A stretch of DNA of 61,874 bases, from NCBI GenBank assembly GCA_017449415.1, contig JAFSJO010000045.1:1-61874 (forward strand), read 5' to 3'. A model generated the notes under the pieces. It searched no databases. It was not told the origin of the DNA and saw only the letters and a program-made list of their open reading frames with translations. Shown here one piece after another: positions 18,687 to 29,051 of this stretch. Position 1 is the stretch's first letter, and the number at the start of each line of letters is the position of its first letter. The DNA is from Synergistaceae bacterium (lineage in GTDB: Bacteria; Synergistota; Synergistia; Synergistales; Aminobacteriaceae). Position numbers and translations under genes: made by a program.

Positions 18687-19227
18687 TCTATTCGTCCTGT
18701 CCGGCCCCAGCGGCGTTGGCAAGGGAACTCTCAGAGAGAAAGCTCTTGACGGTGTCAAAAATCTGGTCTACTCAATTTCATGTACCACACGGCAGCCGCG
18801 AGACGGTGAAGTTGACGGCGTTCACTACAGATTCATAACACACGAGAAATTTCAAGAGGACATAAAAAAAGATTTATTCCTCGAATATGCGTACGTTCAT
18901 TCGGATTTTTACGGAACGCTGAAAGCCGACGTTATCAGGGAGCTGAACGCCGGTAATGATGTCTTGCTTGAAATTGACGTGCAGGGAGCTTTGCAGGTTC
19001 GCGACAAGATGCCCGAGGCGATTTTGATTTTCATCGCGCCTCCGTCAGTTGAGGAGTTGGAGAAGAGGCTCCGCAACAGACACACCGAGAGCGAAAAAGC
19101 GTTGAAAATTCGCCTCAGCAACGCCCTGAAAGAGCTTGAATTAAAAGATAAATACGACTACATAATCATCAATGACGATTTAGAGCGGGCTTCGATGGAA
19201 CTGAGAAAGATAATTCATGAGCATTGA
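18676..19227 (+). CDS. gmk: Guanylate kinase
   Basis: I place the start at ATG 18676 (MSSNLFVLSGPSGVGKGT..), inside the longer track ORF 18601..19227. TTRQPRDGEVDGVHYRF is also present. Confidence 0.9.
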   Translation: MSSNLFVLSGPSGVGKGTLREKALDGVKNLVYSISCTTRQPRDGEVDGVHYRFITHEKFQEDIKKDLFLEYAYVHSDFYGTLKADVIRELNAGNDVLLEIDVQGALQVRDKMPEAILIFIAPPSVEELEKRLRNRHTESEKALKIRLSNALKELELKDKYDYIIINDDLERASMELRKIIHEH

Positions 19228-19672
19228 CAGATTTTTCCGCTGGGCTTTGTTCTGCGCCGGGATCGTAACGAGCATCTTCGCGGGCTACATGTTCTACATA
19301 GACAATATCGCGGCGGGGGCGGCATGGCTGGCTATGGCGGTGGGGTTTCTGTGCTTTGCTACGAGGATCAGGAACGACTCCGACTCCGATGACTCAGAGA
19401 GCGACGCGCAGACCGACAAGGATCTTCACGATCTCGCTGTGTTGATAGCAGACCTCGCGGTCATGAGCTTGAAAAATATCGGGCGAACAGTTCCCCCGGG
19501 CACAAAGGAAATCGAAGCGATAGAGCATAAACTGAATAATTTTTTGGACTTAATGCCCGTAGAAAAATTAGAAAGGCAGGAGATCAACGAAGAATTTGAC
19601 CGCCTCAAAAACAGAACGAAGCGCAAAGAGAGCGGACGGGCAATCTTCAGTCAATTAGGGATTAGAAATTAA
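19217..19672 (+). CDS. Hypothetical small membrane protein
   Basis: 151 aa with two N-terminal hydrophobic helices, an acidic SDSDDSESD stretch and a charged C-terminus. I recognise no family. Confidence 0.5.
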   Translation: MSIDRFFRWALFCAGIVTSIFAGYMFYIDNIAAGAAWLAMAVGFLCFATRIRNDSDSDDSESDAQTDKDLHDLAVLIADLAVMSLKNIGRTVPPGTKEIEAIEHKLNNFLDLMPVEKLERQEINEEFDRLKNRTKRKESGRAIFSQLGIRN

Positions 19673-19674
19673 GA
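19654..19674 (+). repeat. Heptamer array, ATTAGGR variant: (ATTAGGG)(ATTAGAA)(ATTAAGA), overlapping a stop codon upstream of ftsH
   Basis: The sequence caATTAGGGATTAGAAATTAAGAat contains the TAA stop at 19670-19672. It closely resembles the array at the prfB stop. Confidence 0.55.
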
Positions 19675-19709
19675 ATCACAGAGAAAGGGAACGAACTAGC
19701 AAAATAAAA

Positions 19710-21590
19710 ATGGATAAGGGACAAAAATTTTCAATCTGGTATTTTTTCGTTGCTATGATTGTGGTGTGGCTCTTCGCCGAGTACATCTACAAGCCTTACG
19801 CCGAGAGCAGAGGCGAGGTGCCATACAGCGATTTTCTGGCCGACCTTGAGACCAAGACGATCGAGAACGTCGATATAACTGAGAACAGAATTACTTACAC
19901 CATCAAAGACGGCAAAAGCCCGGACAAACGCCCCATAGTCGGCGGTGTCATCTTCTCGAACAAGAAAGCCAAGACCCCGGATAACGTTAAAAGCGTCGTG
20001 AGACTTACAGATCCGTTCCTGATTGAACGGCTCGCCAGCGCGGATATAAAATTCGGCGGAATAGCTCAGCGCGACACTATAATAGACCTCTTCATGAGCA
20101 TCATGCTGCCACTGTTGCCGTTGCTGATAATCTGGTACTTGATTTTTAGGAACATGGGCGGCGCAGGTGCGGGCGGTATCGGCGGCATCTTCTCGTTCGG
20201 TCGGAGCCGAGCCAAGGAGCTGCAGGGAGAGATCACCGGCGTTCACTTCAGCGATATCGGAGGAGCAGGCGAAGCCGAAGTTGAACTGCGCGAGATAATT
20301 GACTTCCTCAAAGACCCCAAAAGGTTTGACAAGTTCGGCGCGAAACTCCCCAGAGGCGTTCTGCTCGTCGGCCCTCCCGGCACAGGAAAGACTCTTCTCG
20401 CAAAGGCTACAGCAGGTGAGGCCGGAGTCCCGTTCTTCTTTATAACGGGTTCGAGCTTCGTCGAGATGTTCGTAGGTGTCGGCGCGGCTCGCGTTCGTGA
20501 TTTATTCGATCAGGCGAAGAAGAAAGCTCCCTGCATTATCTTTGTTGACGAGATCGACGCGATAGGACAGTCGAGACTTCACAGCTTCAACAGCAACTCG
20601 GAGCAAGAGAACACGCTCAACCAGTTACTCGCGGAGATGGACGGCTTCGAGGACAACAACGGAGTTGTAATCATGGGCGCGACCAACAGACCCGAAATTT
20701 TGGATCAGGCTTTGATGAGGCCGGGACGCTTCGATCGACAGATACAAGTCGTTCTGCCAACGGAGGAGGGGCGCGAGGAGATTTTGAAGATACACACCAA
20801 GAAAGTCCCGTTAGCTCCTGAAATTGATCTGCGGGCGATCGCGAAGGTTACTCCGGGATTTTCGGGCGCGGATCTCGCTAACATTGCCAACGAAGCTGCG
20901 TTGCTGGCGGCTCGCCGAAAGGCTGACAAGGTTACGACCAACGATTTCGATTTAGCCATTGAGAGAGTTGTTGCGGGATTGCAGCGAAAGACTCCGCTAA
21001 CTCCCGAAGTCCGCAAGAAAGTCGCCTATCATGAGACAGGCCACGCCTTAGTCGCATGTTATCTGCCCGGCTCCGATCCTGTTCACAAGGTCAGCATAAT
21101 CCCAACGACCAAAGGCGCACTCGGCTACACCATGCAGATGCCAACAGAAGATCAATATCTCGTCGCTGAGAGTGAGCTAAAAACTCGAATGGCTGTGATG
21201 TTGGGAGGACGCGCGGCGGAGCTTCTTGTCTTCAATGAGGCTTCGACCGGGGCATCAAATGATCTCGAACGAGCGACCGAGACGGCTCGGCGGATGGTCA
21301 TAGAGTTCGGAATGTCTTCGGCTCTTGGCCCGGTTCGTTACGCTGCTCCGGCTATGATGTACCTGTCGGGCGCAACTCAGATCCGCGAGGATACCGGGGA
21401 CGCTACGGCCGAGACGATTGACGGCGAGATCAAGAGGCTCGTTACGGAGGCTCAGGATCACGCGCTGAACATATTGAAAGAACATGAGAAAGTTCTTCAC
21501 GAGGTCGCGGAGACGTTGCAAGCCAAAGAGGTCATCAACAACGAAGAGATTCAAGCATTCGTCAACAAGGAAAAAGAAACTACGATATAA
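19710..21590 (+). CDS. ftsH: ATP-dependent zinc metalloprotease FtsH
   Basis: 626 aa with two N-terminal TMs, the AAA motifs [13 protein letters not shown] and IIFVDEIDA, the SRH region and the HEXXH motif HETGHAL. Confidence 0.95.
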   Translation: MDKGQKFSIWYFFVAMIVVWLFAEYIYKPYAESRGEVPYSDFLADLETKTIENVDITENRITYTIKDGKSPDKRPIVGGVIFSNKKAKTPDNVKSVVRLTDPFLIERLASADIKFGGIAQRDTIIDLFMSIMLPLLPLLIIWYLIFRNMGGAGAGGIGGIFSFGRSRAKELQGEITGVHFSDIGGAGEAEVELREIIDFLKDPKRFDKFGAKLPRGVLLVGPPGTGKTLLAKATAGEAGVPFFFITGSSFVEMFVGVGAARVRDLFDQAKKKAPCIIFVDEIDAIGQSRLHSFNSNSEQENTLNQLLAEMDGFEDNNGVVIMGATNRPEILDQALMRPGRFDRQIQVVLPTEEGREEILKIHTKKVPLAPEIDLRAIAKVTPGFSGADLANIANEAALLAARRKADKVTTNDFDLAIERVVAGLQRKTPLTPEVRKKVAYHETGHALVACYLPGSDPVHKVSIIPTTKGALGYTMQMPTEDQYLVAESELKTRMAVMLGGRAAELLVFNEASTGASNDLERATETARRMVIEFGMSSALGPVRYAAPAMMYLSGATQIREDTGDATAETIDGEIKRLVTEAQDHALNILKEHEKVLHEVAETLQAKEVINNEEIQAFVNKEKETTI

Positions 21591-21639
21591 TATACGCACT
21601 TTCCAAATCAAAATTTTTATTCAGGGGGTAAATTTAGAA

Positions 21640-24015
21640 GTGAAAAGATTCATGTGTGTTTTTCTCACTGCGATTCTTGCGCTCTCGTTGTGTGCGTCCG
21701 TTTTGACAGCTGCTGATGTGTCCGAGCCGTCTCCGATGGCTGCACCAGCTCCGGAAGCTCCTGCAACTGAAGCTCCTGCACCAGCCCCGGAGGGGTTCAA
21801 GTTCGACCACAAGATCACGATCGTCTGCCCGTGGGGTGAAGGCGGCGGAGCTGACTCGACTCTTCGCGCTCTCGTGCCATTGCTTGCCAAGGAACTCGGG
21901 CAGGAAATTGAAGTTCTCAACGTTACGGGCGGCAACGGAACAAACGGAGCTTCCTACGTCAAAGAGCACGACGCTGACGGCTACATGTATATGCTCGGGA
22001 CTCAGAGTCTTTTGATTCAGGACGTTATGGGCGAGATGAAATTCAAGTTCCTTGATGAGTTTGTACCCGTAGCCAGACTTGTTCACGCCATCGACGTTAT
22101 AGCGACATCACGCAACGCAATGAACGAAAGAGGCTACAAAACTTTCTCGGAACTTCGCGATTACATCAAGGCTCACCCCTACAGCATCAGCATCGGAATG
22201 TTGACGAGGATCGGCGTTGACGGCCTTTCTTTCCAGCAGGCTACTGAAGGGCTGAACATTCTCGAGGTCGACTACCCGACCGGCGGCGGCATGACTGACG
22301 CTCTTATTCGCGGCCAGATTGATTTAATGGTAACGGGAACTCAGGAAATTACACCTCAGATCGAAGCTGGAGAAATTGTCCCGCTGTTAGTTCTCGCTGA
22401 GAAGAGAATGAACAGATACCCGCATGTTGAGTGCGCGAAAGATCTTGGAATTAATGCCTTCCTCGGCTCCGAGAGAGGAATTTTCGCGAAGAAGGGCACG
22501 CCTCAGGAGGCTCTCGACGCTATCGGCGCAGCTATCGCAAAAGTTACGCAGACTCCCGAATGGAACGACTTCCTTCAGCAGGGCGGATATGATGAAAGAC
22601 CCGGCTACGCCGACAGCGCGGAATATTCAAAAGTCCTTAGTGACGAATACAAGACCTTCACGGACATGTTGAAGCCCGCGAAAGCTCCCGCCAAGAAAGC
22701 TGCTGAACCTTCAATGAAGCTCGCAATTATCGGCTTCGTTATGGTTGTGGTGCTTATCTTCTGCCTGATTAAGAAAGTCGTTATTCCTCCGATCGCGTTC
22801 ATATTGCTTCCGACGATTGCGGCTCTCGTTGCAGGCTTCGATCCGATGGCAATCAACAAGTTCGCGGCCTCTGGAATTTCAAAGATGGTTTCGACGGTCT
22901 CGCTGTTCGTGTTCTCGATTTCGTTCTTCTCGCTCATGAGCGATCAGGGAGTTTTCGATCCAATAGTCAACTTCCTCATCAAGAAAGCCGGAACTAATGT
23001 AACTCTCGTCATGCTTGCCACGGCGGCGGTCGGTATCATCGGACACCTTGACGGCTCAGGCGCAACGACGTTCATCATCACGATTACGGCAATGTTGCCC
23101 ATGTTCAAGAAGTTGAAGATGGATAACAGAGCTTTGATGCTCTTAATCTGCGTCGCTATCGGAGTCATGAACGTGTGCCCGTGGGGCGGCCCGACGATCA
23201 GAGCGGCGACAGTCCTCGAAACAGACCCGAATATCCTTTGGCACAGACTGCTGCCGGTGCAGGGCGCGATGCTCGTAATAACTTTCGTCGTGGCGTTTAT
23301 GCTCAGCGGCATTCAGAAGAGAAGAATTAAGAAGCTCGGGCTTAGTGCTGATGATTCGGTTGAAGATGCCAAGGCCGACGACAAAGCTCCGAAAGTTTCC
23401 GGCGCACTTCAGGCTTACAACTTCATTCTCGTGGTCGCTGTGATCTGCGCGTTGATGTTCGGGAGCTTCAATCCGGCTTACGTGTTCATGATTGCGCTTG
23501 CGATCTCGCTGCCTTTCAACATCAAGTCATTGAAAGAACAGAACGCGAAACTTAAAAATTACGGTGTCGCGGCTATGTCGATGGTCGTTACGCTGTTCGC
23601 GGCTGGAATTTTCACGGGCGTTCTGAGCGGTACAGGAATGTTGAACGCGATGGCCTCGGCTGTCGTTACTGTCATTCCGCCGGATCTCGGTCGCTACACG
23701 CACTTCATCGTAGCCTGCTTCGCGGTGCCGTTGATCATGTGCCTTGGAACAGACAGCTTCTACTTCGGATTGCTGCCCGTCGTTGTCGGAATAGCTTCGC
23801 AGTTTGGTGTCAACCCTATGGATGTCGCCTGCGTGCTGCTCGTCGCTGAGAACGTCGGCGTTATGATCTCCCCGTTGTCGCCTGCGGCGTATCTTGGCCT
23901 CGGACTTCTCGAAATCGACGTTGGCGAACACATCAAGTACTCGCTCCCGTGGATTTGGGGCATCAGTCTCATCTCGATCGTCATGTGCATCGTGTTGGGA
24001 GTAACTCCGCTGTAG
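21640..24015 (+). CDS. Fusion protein: signal peptide + TctC/Bug-like periplasmic solute-binding domain + CitMHS-family citrate/divalent-cation symporter domain
   Basis: One open frame. I start it at GTG 21640 (VKRFMCVFLTAILALSLCASVLTA), after AGGGGG. The N-half (..IVCPWGEGGGADSTLRAL..NVTGGNGTNG..) looks Bug/TctC-like. A KPAKAPAKKAAEPS linker follows. The C-half (MKLAIIGFVMVV..HLDGSGATTF..CPWGGPT..) looks CitMHS-like. Confidence 0.7.
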   Translation: MKRFMCVFLTAILALSLCASVLTAADVSEPSPMAAPAPEAPATEAPAPAPEGFKFDHKITIVCPWGEGGGADSTLRALVPLLAKELGQEIEVLNVTGGNGTNGASYVKEHDADGYMYMLGTQSLLIQDVMGEMKFKFLDEFVPVARLVHAIDVIATSRNAMNERGYKTFSELRDYIKAHPYSISIGMLTRIGVDGLSFQQATEGLNILEVDYPTGGGMTDALIRGQIDLMVTGTQEITPQIEAGEIVPLLVLAEKRMNRYPHVECAKDLGINAFLGSERGIFAKKGTPQEALDAIGAAIAKVTQTPEWNDFLQQGGYDERPGYADSAEYSKVLSDEYKTFTDMLKPAKAPAKKAAEPSMKLAIIGFVMVVVLIFCLIKKVVIPPIAFILLPTIAALVAGFDPMAINKFAASGISKMVSTVSLFVFSISFFSLMSDQGVFDPIVNFLIKKAGTNVTLVMLATAAVGIIGHLDGSGATTFIITITAMLPMFKKLKMDNRALMLLICVAIGVMNVCPWGGPTIRAATVLETDPNILWHRLLPVQGAMLVITFVVAFMLSGIQKRRIKKLGLSADDSVEDAKADDKAPKVSGALQAYNFILVVAVICALMFGSFNPAYVFMIALAISLPFNIKSLKEQNAKLKNYGVAAMSMVVTLFAAGIFTGVLSGTGMLNAMASAVVTVIPPDLGRYTHFIVACFAVPLIMCLGTDSFYFGLLPVVVGIASQFGVNPMDVACVLLVAENVGVMISPLSPAAYLGLGLLEIDVGEHIKYSLPWIWGISLISIVMCIVLGVTPL

Positions 24016-24038
24016 AGTTCTTTGCTTGGTTGAAACTT

Positions 24039-24073
24039 TTTCCCGTTGGTTCGCGCCAGCGGGAAATTTTTTT
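24039..24073 (+). terminator. Rho-independent terminator
   Basis: TTTCCCGTTGG (24039-24049) pairs with CCAGCGGGAAA (24056-24066) with one G-U pair and a 6-nt loop. T7 follows at 24067-24073. Confidence 0.75.
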
Positions 24074-24123
24074 GTCTTTTCAGCGTGTATAATACGAAAC
24101 TAAAAAACGGAGTTGAGAATTTT

Positions 24124-24576
24124 ATGATACTTGGAACCATTCAATATCATTCACGCTATGCAGGACTTGGCGCGGGAGTCAGCCTAGGGTTACGCTACAT
24201 GGCCGAACATGACTTAGCTAGTCTCCCCGTGGGAAAATATCAGATCGACGGCGATAACGTTTGCTTTGAAGTCTCTGAAATTCAGACAGTCGCGACCAAC
24301 GAAAGACACTTTGAAACTCACAAAGAACATATCGACATTCACATAACTCTCGAGGGCGAGGAATGGTTCGGCTACGCTCCCGTCAACAACATGAAAGGCA
24401 AGCAGACCTACAACGCTGAAAAGGACTCGACATATTACGAAGGCGGCGAGGGCGTTTACCTCCAAGCTCCTAAAGGACAGTTCATTCTGTTCATGCCGGA
24501 GGACGCTCACAAGGCCGGAGTTTCTTTCAACGGTCAAGGGCGCGTCAAAAAAATCGTCATCAAAGTGAAAATATGA
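24124..24576 (+). CDS. YhcH/YjgK/YiaL (DUF386) family protein
   Basis: 150 aa from ATG 24124 (MILGTIQYHSRY..FETHKEHIDIHITLEGEE..). The track ORF start at 24046 lies inside the terminator. Confidence 0.7.
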   Translation: MILGTIQYHSRYAGLGAGVSLGLRYMAEHDLASLPVGKYQIDGDNVCFEVSEIQTVATNERHFETHKEHIDIHITLEGEEWFGYAPVNNMKGKQTYNAEKDSTYYEGGEGVYLQAPKGQFILFMPEDAHKAGVSFNGQGRVKKIVIKVKI

Positions 24577-25043
24577 TCCCCGACGATAATTATTTTATGG
24601 GAGCGGCTCTCGCGGAGGCCAGGAAAGCTTTCTCACGCGGCGATGTTCCCGTAGGAGCTTTGATCGTCCGGGAGAATGATATTCTAAGTTACGGCAGCGA
24701 CACGAAAGCAACTGACCCCACCGAACACGCCGAAGTTATCGCGATCCGTTCGTGCGCTCAGAGATTAAATCGCTGGAACTTGACGGGCTGCACCCTCTAT
24801 GTAACTCTCGAACCCTGCCCAATGTGCGCGGGGGCTTGTGTCAACGCTCGGATCTCCCGGGTCGTGTATGGCGCAAAGAATTACAAGTCCGGCGCGGGCG
24901 GAACTCTCTACAACATTCTCAGCGACTCGCGGCTAAATCACGTCTGCGAAGTTCAATCGGGTGTTATGGCTGTCGAGTGTCTGAAACTCTTGCAGGAATA
25001 TTTTTTCATCAGGAGGGCCAAGCAATGCTCCCGACGTGTCTGA
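24573..25043 (+). CDS. tadA: tRNA-specific adenosine deaminase
   Basis: 156 aa with the CDA zinc motifs HAEVIAIR and PCPMCAGA. Confidence 0.9.
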   Translation: MIPDDNYFMGAALAEARKAFSRGDVPVGALIVRENDILSYGSDTKATDPTEHAEVIAIRSCAQRLNRWNLTGCTLYVTLEPCPMCAGACVNARISRVVYGAKNYKSGAGGTLYNILSDSRLNHVCEVQSGVMAVECLKLLQEYFFIRRAKQCSRRV

Positions 25044-26725
25044 CTTCAGAGCTGAAAATTTTTCATATTGATGACGCAATACGCGAGCTTGCGAGTGATC
25101 TTAATTGTGATGAGCTTGCGGCGGTGGCCTTGAAGATCCTGCACGAGTGCGATAACGATGATATAGATCTGCTTCGTGGCTTGATGAGGCCGGATTTCCT
25201 GACTCAGCTGGCGAGTCTTCAGCTCGGATCGGGGAGCAGAGCCGCGAGAAGCCTTTGGGAGGCCAAGAGTTCATTCGGCAATGTTCTGGTCTACGGAGAT
25301 TATGACACGGACGGAATTTGCTCGACGGTGCTGGCCATGGAAATTTTCCGAAACAAGGCCGCGCAGGTTCGTTACTTCATTCCCCGCAGGGACGTTCACG
25401 GCTACGGGCTAAACTCCGAGATTTTAGACAAAGTCGTCTCATGGGGCTGTAACACTCTCGTAGTGGTTGACTGCGGCACGAATGACTCGGCGATGCTTGA
25501 AAAGCTTCAAGAGGCCGGGATAAATATTTTCGTCTTCGATCATCACTCCGTATCAAGTCCCATAACCATTCCGACAATCGTAAATCCCTCAGTTAACATG
25601 GAAGCCGGAGACCAGCAAAAAATCTGCGCGACCGCCGTATTGTGGTGTTGGGCATGTAAGGAGGGCGTAATCTCGCGAGACTTTCTGAAATATTCGATGG
25701 ATCTCGTGGCACTCGCGACCATAGCCGACTGTATGCCGCTTCATAACTTGAATAGATTGCTGGTTCGTTACGGCGTTGACCTTATGCGTGCCAATCCGCG
25801 GCGAGGTTTGGGCGCGTTGTTTGACTGCCTTGGGATAAATAAAGCTCAGCTATCGGAAGAACATCTCTCTATGAGGGTCATTCCGTGTCTGAACGCCCCC
25901 GGGAGGATCTCCACAGCCGACGTAGGGGTCAGGGCCTTATTGGGCGCAGGGAGCAACGATGCCGTCTACGCATGTGTCAACGAGCTGACGCGGATCAATC
26001 GCAAGCGTCAATCATTGACCGAAGAGATCGCAAAGAGAATAGACACCGGGATCACCAACGGAACGATAAAGCAAAAAGTTCTTTACGACTCAGAATGGCC
26101 GATCGGAGTTCTGAGCGGTGTCGCGAGCCGAATATGCGCCGAATATAACAGGCCGATAGCTTTGGCGGCTCCAGCAAATTCCGGAAAGATCATTCGAGGG
26201 ACTTTGAGAGTGCCTGAGGGCGGCGACGCGGTCGGAGTCCTCAAAGAGATTTCAGAGAAGCTCGACGCATGGGGAGGCCACAAGTACGCGGCAGGATTTT
26301 CAGTTTTGCCCGAGAATTGGCCGAAAGTCTGCGAAGATTTGGAGCGCGTCTTGACGGACATAAAGATAATCCCGGAAAAATTGATGCCCGTGATTGATAT
26401 CTCGCCGTCGGACGTGAATATTTCAGATTGGCAGGAGGTCTGTCAGCTTGGCCCATTCGGAAATAATAATCCAGCTCCGAAATTATTCGTCGGGTGCAAT
26501 CCCGGCGATATCGAGATAACCCCCCTCGGCAAAGAGAACAAACACAGCTGCGTCAAAATCGATGGGGCGAAGCTGTTGGCCTTCGGAGTCTCGCCCAAGG
26601 ACGTTTTAGCAATCACCAATGAGATTAAAGGTTTCGTATATCACCCGCGAATAGACTACTGGCGCAACGAAAAACAGCTTCAATTTATTCTCGACTGCGC
26701 CGTCATCGAAGACAGAAAGGAGTGA
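25025..26725 (+). CDS. recJ: Single-stranded-DNA-specific exonuclease RecJ (DHH family)
   Basis: Start chosen at ATG 25025 (MLPTCL..). It has the DHH motifs VYGDYDTDGICS, VVDCG and FDHH, and a DHHA1-like GGHKYAAG. Confidence 0.8.
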   Translation: MLPTCLTSELKIFHIDDAIRELASDLNCDELAAVALKILHECDNDDIDLLRGLMRPDFLTQLASLQLGSGSRAARSLWEAKSSFGNVLVYGDYDTDGICSTVLAMEIFRNKAAQVRYFIPRRDVHGYGLNSEILDKVVSWGCNTLVVVDCGTNDSAMLEKLQEAGINIFVFDHHSVSSPITIPTIVNPSVNMEAGDQQKICATAVLWCWACKEGVISRDFLKYSMDLVALATIADCMPLHNLNRLLVRYGVDLMRANPRRGLGALFDCLGINKAQLSEEHLSMRVIPCLNAPGRISTADVGVRALLGAGSNDAVYACVNELTRINRKRQSLTEEIAKRIDTGITNGTIKQKVLYDSEWPIGVLSGVASRICAEYNRPIALAAPANSGKIIRGTLRVPEGGDAVGVLKEISEKLDAWGGHKYAAGFSVLPENWPKVCEDLERVLTDIKIIPEKLMPVIDISPSDVNISDWQEVCQLGPFGNNNPAPKLFVGCNPGDIEITPLGKENKHSCVKIDGAKLLAFGVSPKDVLAITNEIKGFVYHPRIDYWRNEKQLQFILDCAVIEDRKE

Positions 26726-29049
26726 GTGAAGTGGCTGATGAAAATGAGAGCCTAGAGACAGGCAGCCAAACTTTTTCTTCGATTATGAACAGTATTCCCT
26801 CAATAGACAATTCATCAAATTTTTTGCATGACATGTACGCCTTGCGCGATGAATTTTTCTCGAAAATTCCTGAAAATTCTAAGCAGGAATGTGTCCGCAC
26901 AGTGTGGCAGGAGCTGTGGGGAAAGTCGATGCTCTCGCTTAACCCTGACCAGATGAACAAGCTTGGCGAGACTTTTGTCTTCGCGGCGAAAGCTCATGAG
27001 CATCAGCTTAGAAAATCCGGCGACCCCTATATCGTTCACACTCTCAGCGCGGCTCTGATCCTCGCGGGTATGCACCTCGATATGGCGACGCTCGAAGCGG
27101 CTCTGCTGCACGACACACTCGAAGACACTCCCGTAACGTCTCAGGAATTGATCGAAAAATTCGGAGCTGACGTTGAGACTCTCGTTAAAGGAGTAACGAA
27201 GCTCGCCGGCGAGGACGTGAAGGAGTTCATGTCTCGCGAAGACCTGACGAGCGAAAACCTGCGGCGAATGTTCATCGTGATGGCTCAGGATATTCGCGTG
27301 GTGCTGATAAAGCTCGCTGACCGGCTCCACAACATGCGGACTCTCGATGTCATGAGGCCGGATAAGCGGGAACGGATCGCACGCGAGACCATGGAAATTT
27401 ACGCGCCGCTGGCTCACAGGCTCGGGATCTATCAGATTAAGCGAGAGCTTGAAGACCTGTCATTCAAATATCTGCAGCCCGACATCTACGCCGAAGTCGA
27501 ACGCAGGGTCAAGAAGCGTATGCCCAAGATGGGCGAGGTCATCGAGAAGACACGCGAGATACTCGAACAGCGTCTTCAAAAGGAGAATATTCCGTGTCGA
27601 ATTAAAGGCCGCTCGAAACATTACTACAGCATCTACGAGAAGATGCAGCGCAAAAAAATTTCGTTCGATGAGCTTTATGACATTCTGGCTCTGCGTGTCC
27701 TCGTGTCCGACGTGTCGACGTGTTACGCGGTGCTGGGAGTCGTTCACGCTCTTTGGGTTCCGATCCCGGGACAGTTCGACGATTACATAGCCACACCCAA
27801 GAGCAACATGTATCAATCTCTTCACACCACGGTGATGGCGTTCGGCGTGCCCGTCGAGATCCAAATACGAACCTACGAGATGAACAACTTCGCGGAGTAT
27901 GGCATCGCGGCTCATTGGGTTTATAAGTCCGGCGGGAGCAGGAAGCTCAACAAGGAGATGGACGCGAAACTCAATTGGGTGAGTCAGGCTCTCGAAGCCG
28001 GGCAGAACGGAAACTCGCAGGAGTTCATGGAAGTGTTGAAGAGCGACATTCTGCTGACGAGCGAGCTGTACGTGTTCACGCCTGACGGCAAGCCGATGAT
28101 ACTGCCGAACGGTTCAACGACCCTCGATTTCGCCTACGCCGTTCACACTGAAGTCGGCAACCATTGCGCCGGAGCGACGATTAACGGGCGGATCGTGCCG
28201 CTCAACACTCAGCTTCATAACGGCGATATCGTTAAGATTTTAACGTCCCCGCAAAGCTCACCGTCCAAAGACTGGCTGAAGATCGTAAGCTCGGCCAAGA
28301 CGAGAAGCAAAATCCGAAGCTACTTCAGGCAGGCCGAGAAGTCCGAACGCGATGAGAAGCTCGAACGTGGCTGGAAGCTGATTGAGCGAGAACTAAAGAG
28401 GCGCGGACTCTCCGACGTAACCCGCGAGTCGTTCGGCAATATTGACGATCAATTAATCGCTGTCGGCTCTGGCTCGATCGGCCCGGGCGAAGCTGCTCAG
28501 AAGCTCGCGCTGTCGTACCTACAACATCACACTTCAAACCCTCAGGTCATGCCCACGCCCCTCGAAAGCGAACCGCCGAAGCGCAAGAAAGACTCGAAGT
28601 CCGATATCCTCGTCGAAGGTGAGAGCGGTGTCGATGTAACTCTCGCGAACTGCTGTGCACCTGTCCCGGGTGATGAGATCGTCGGCTACTCGTCAGCGCG
28701 TCGCGGCATAACGATACACCGAACCTGCTGCAAGAGCATCGCCGGGAAAAATTCCGAGAGGAAAATAAAAGTCTCGTGGGCCAACAACGACAAGGACAGC
28801 CGGAAGACAAATCTCTATGTCGCAAAGCTGAACGCGGAGGGCGAAGAGCGCGAGGAACTCATCAGCGACGTGAACAAGGCCGTATCATTCGAGGGAAGCA
28901 GCCTCGTAGGCTTCAAGGCCGTCATGGTCGGCAACAGCTTGATGAGGATCAAGATAGATTTGCGCGTGAGAAATCTTGAACATCTATACACGGTTATGGC
29001 AAGATTAAACGAAGTTCGAGGAATAATCGAAGTAGTGAGGAGGAATTAA
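26722..29049 (+). CDS. relA: Bifunctional (p)ppGpp synthetase/hydrolase RelA/SpoT homolog
   Basis: 775 aa with an HD domain (HQLRKSGDPYIVH, LHDTLEDT), a synthetase domain (YIATPKSNMYQSLHT, EIQIRT), a TGS domain and a C-terminal ACT-like region. Confidence 0.9.
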   Translation: MSEVADENESLETGSQTFSSIMNSIPSIDNSSNFLHDMYALRDEFFSKIPENSKQECVRTVWQELWGKSMLSLNPDQMNKLGETFVFAAKAHEHQLRKSGDPYIVHTLSAALILAGMHLDMATLEAALLHDTLEDTPVTSQELIEKFGADVETLVKGVTKLAGEDVKEFMSREDLTSENLRRMFIVMAQDIRVVLIKLADRLHNMRTLDVMRPDKRERIARETMEIYAPLAHRLGIYQIKRELEDLSFKYLQPDIYAEVERRVKKRMPKMGEVIEKTREILEQRLQKENIPCRIKGRSKHYYSIYEKMQRKKISFDELYDILALRVLVSDVSTCYAVLGVVHALWVPIPGQFDDYIATPKSNMYQSLHTTVMAFGVPVEIQIRTYEMNNFAEYGIAAHWVYKSGGSRKLNKEMDAKLNWVSQALEAGQNGNSQEFMEVLKSDILLTSELYVFTPDGKPMILPNGSTTLDFAYAVHTEVGNHCAGATINGRIVPLNTQLHNGDIVKILTSPQSSPSKDWLKIVSSAKTRSKIRSYFRQAEKSERDEKLERGWKLIERELKRRGLSDVTRESFGNIDDQLIAVGSGSIGPGEAAQKLALSYLQHHTSNPQVMPTPLESEPPKRKKDSKSDILVEGESGVDVTLANCCAPVPGDEIVGYSSARRGITIHRTCCKSIAGKNSERKIKVSWANNDKDSRKTNLYVAKLNAEGEEREELISDVNKAVSFEGSSLVGFKAVMVGNSLMRIKIDLRVRNLEHLYTVMARLNEVRGIIEVVRRN

Positions 29050-29051
29050 TT

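Noticed and set aside
21484-21639. The N-terminal extension of the SBP-CitMHS ORF offered by the ORF track (843 aa).
   Set aside because: It overlaps the ftsH 3' end by more than 100 nt and encodes a basic junk peptide. GTG 21640 follows an AGGGGG RBS and yields a proper signal peptide.
24752-25024. The N-terminal extension of the recJ ORF (657 aa).
   Set aside because: It overlaps tadA in another frame. ATG 25025 gives a plausible RecJ N-terminus with the usual short overlap.
29029-29049. The relA 3' end, GTGAGGAGGAATTAA, as another heptamer-family copy. The recJ/relA junction AGGAGTGAGTGAAGTGG at about 26717-26733 was considered in the same way.
   Set aside because: Only a single unit is present. 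A nearly identical GTGAGGAGGAAAT occurs inside waaA (33263), so chance plus an ordinary SD sequence is sufficient.
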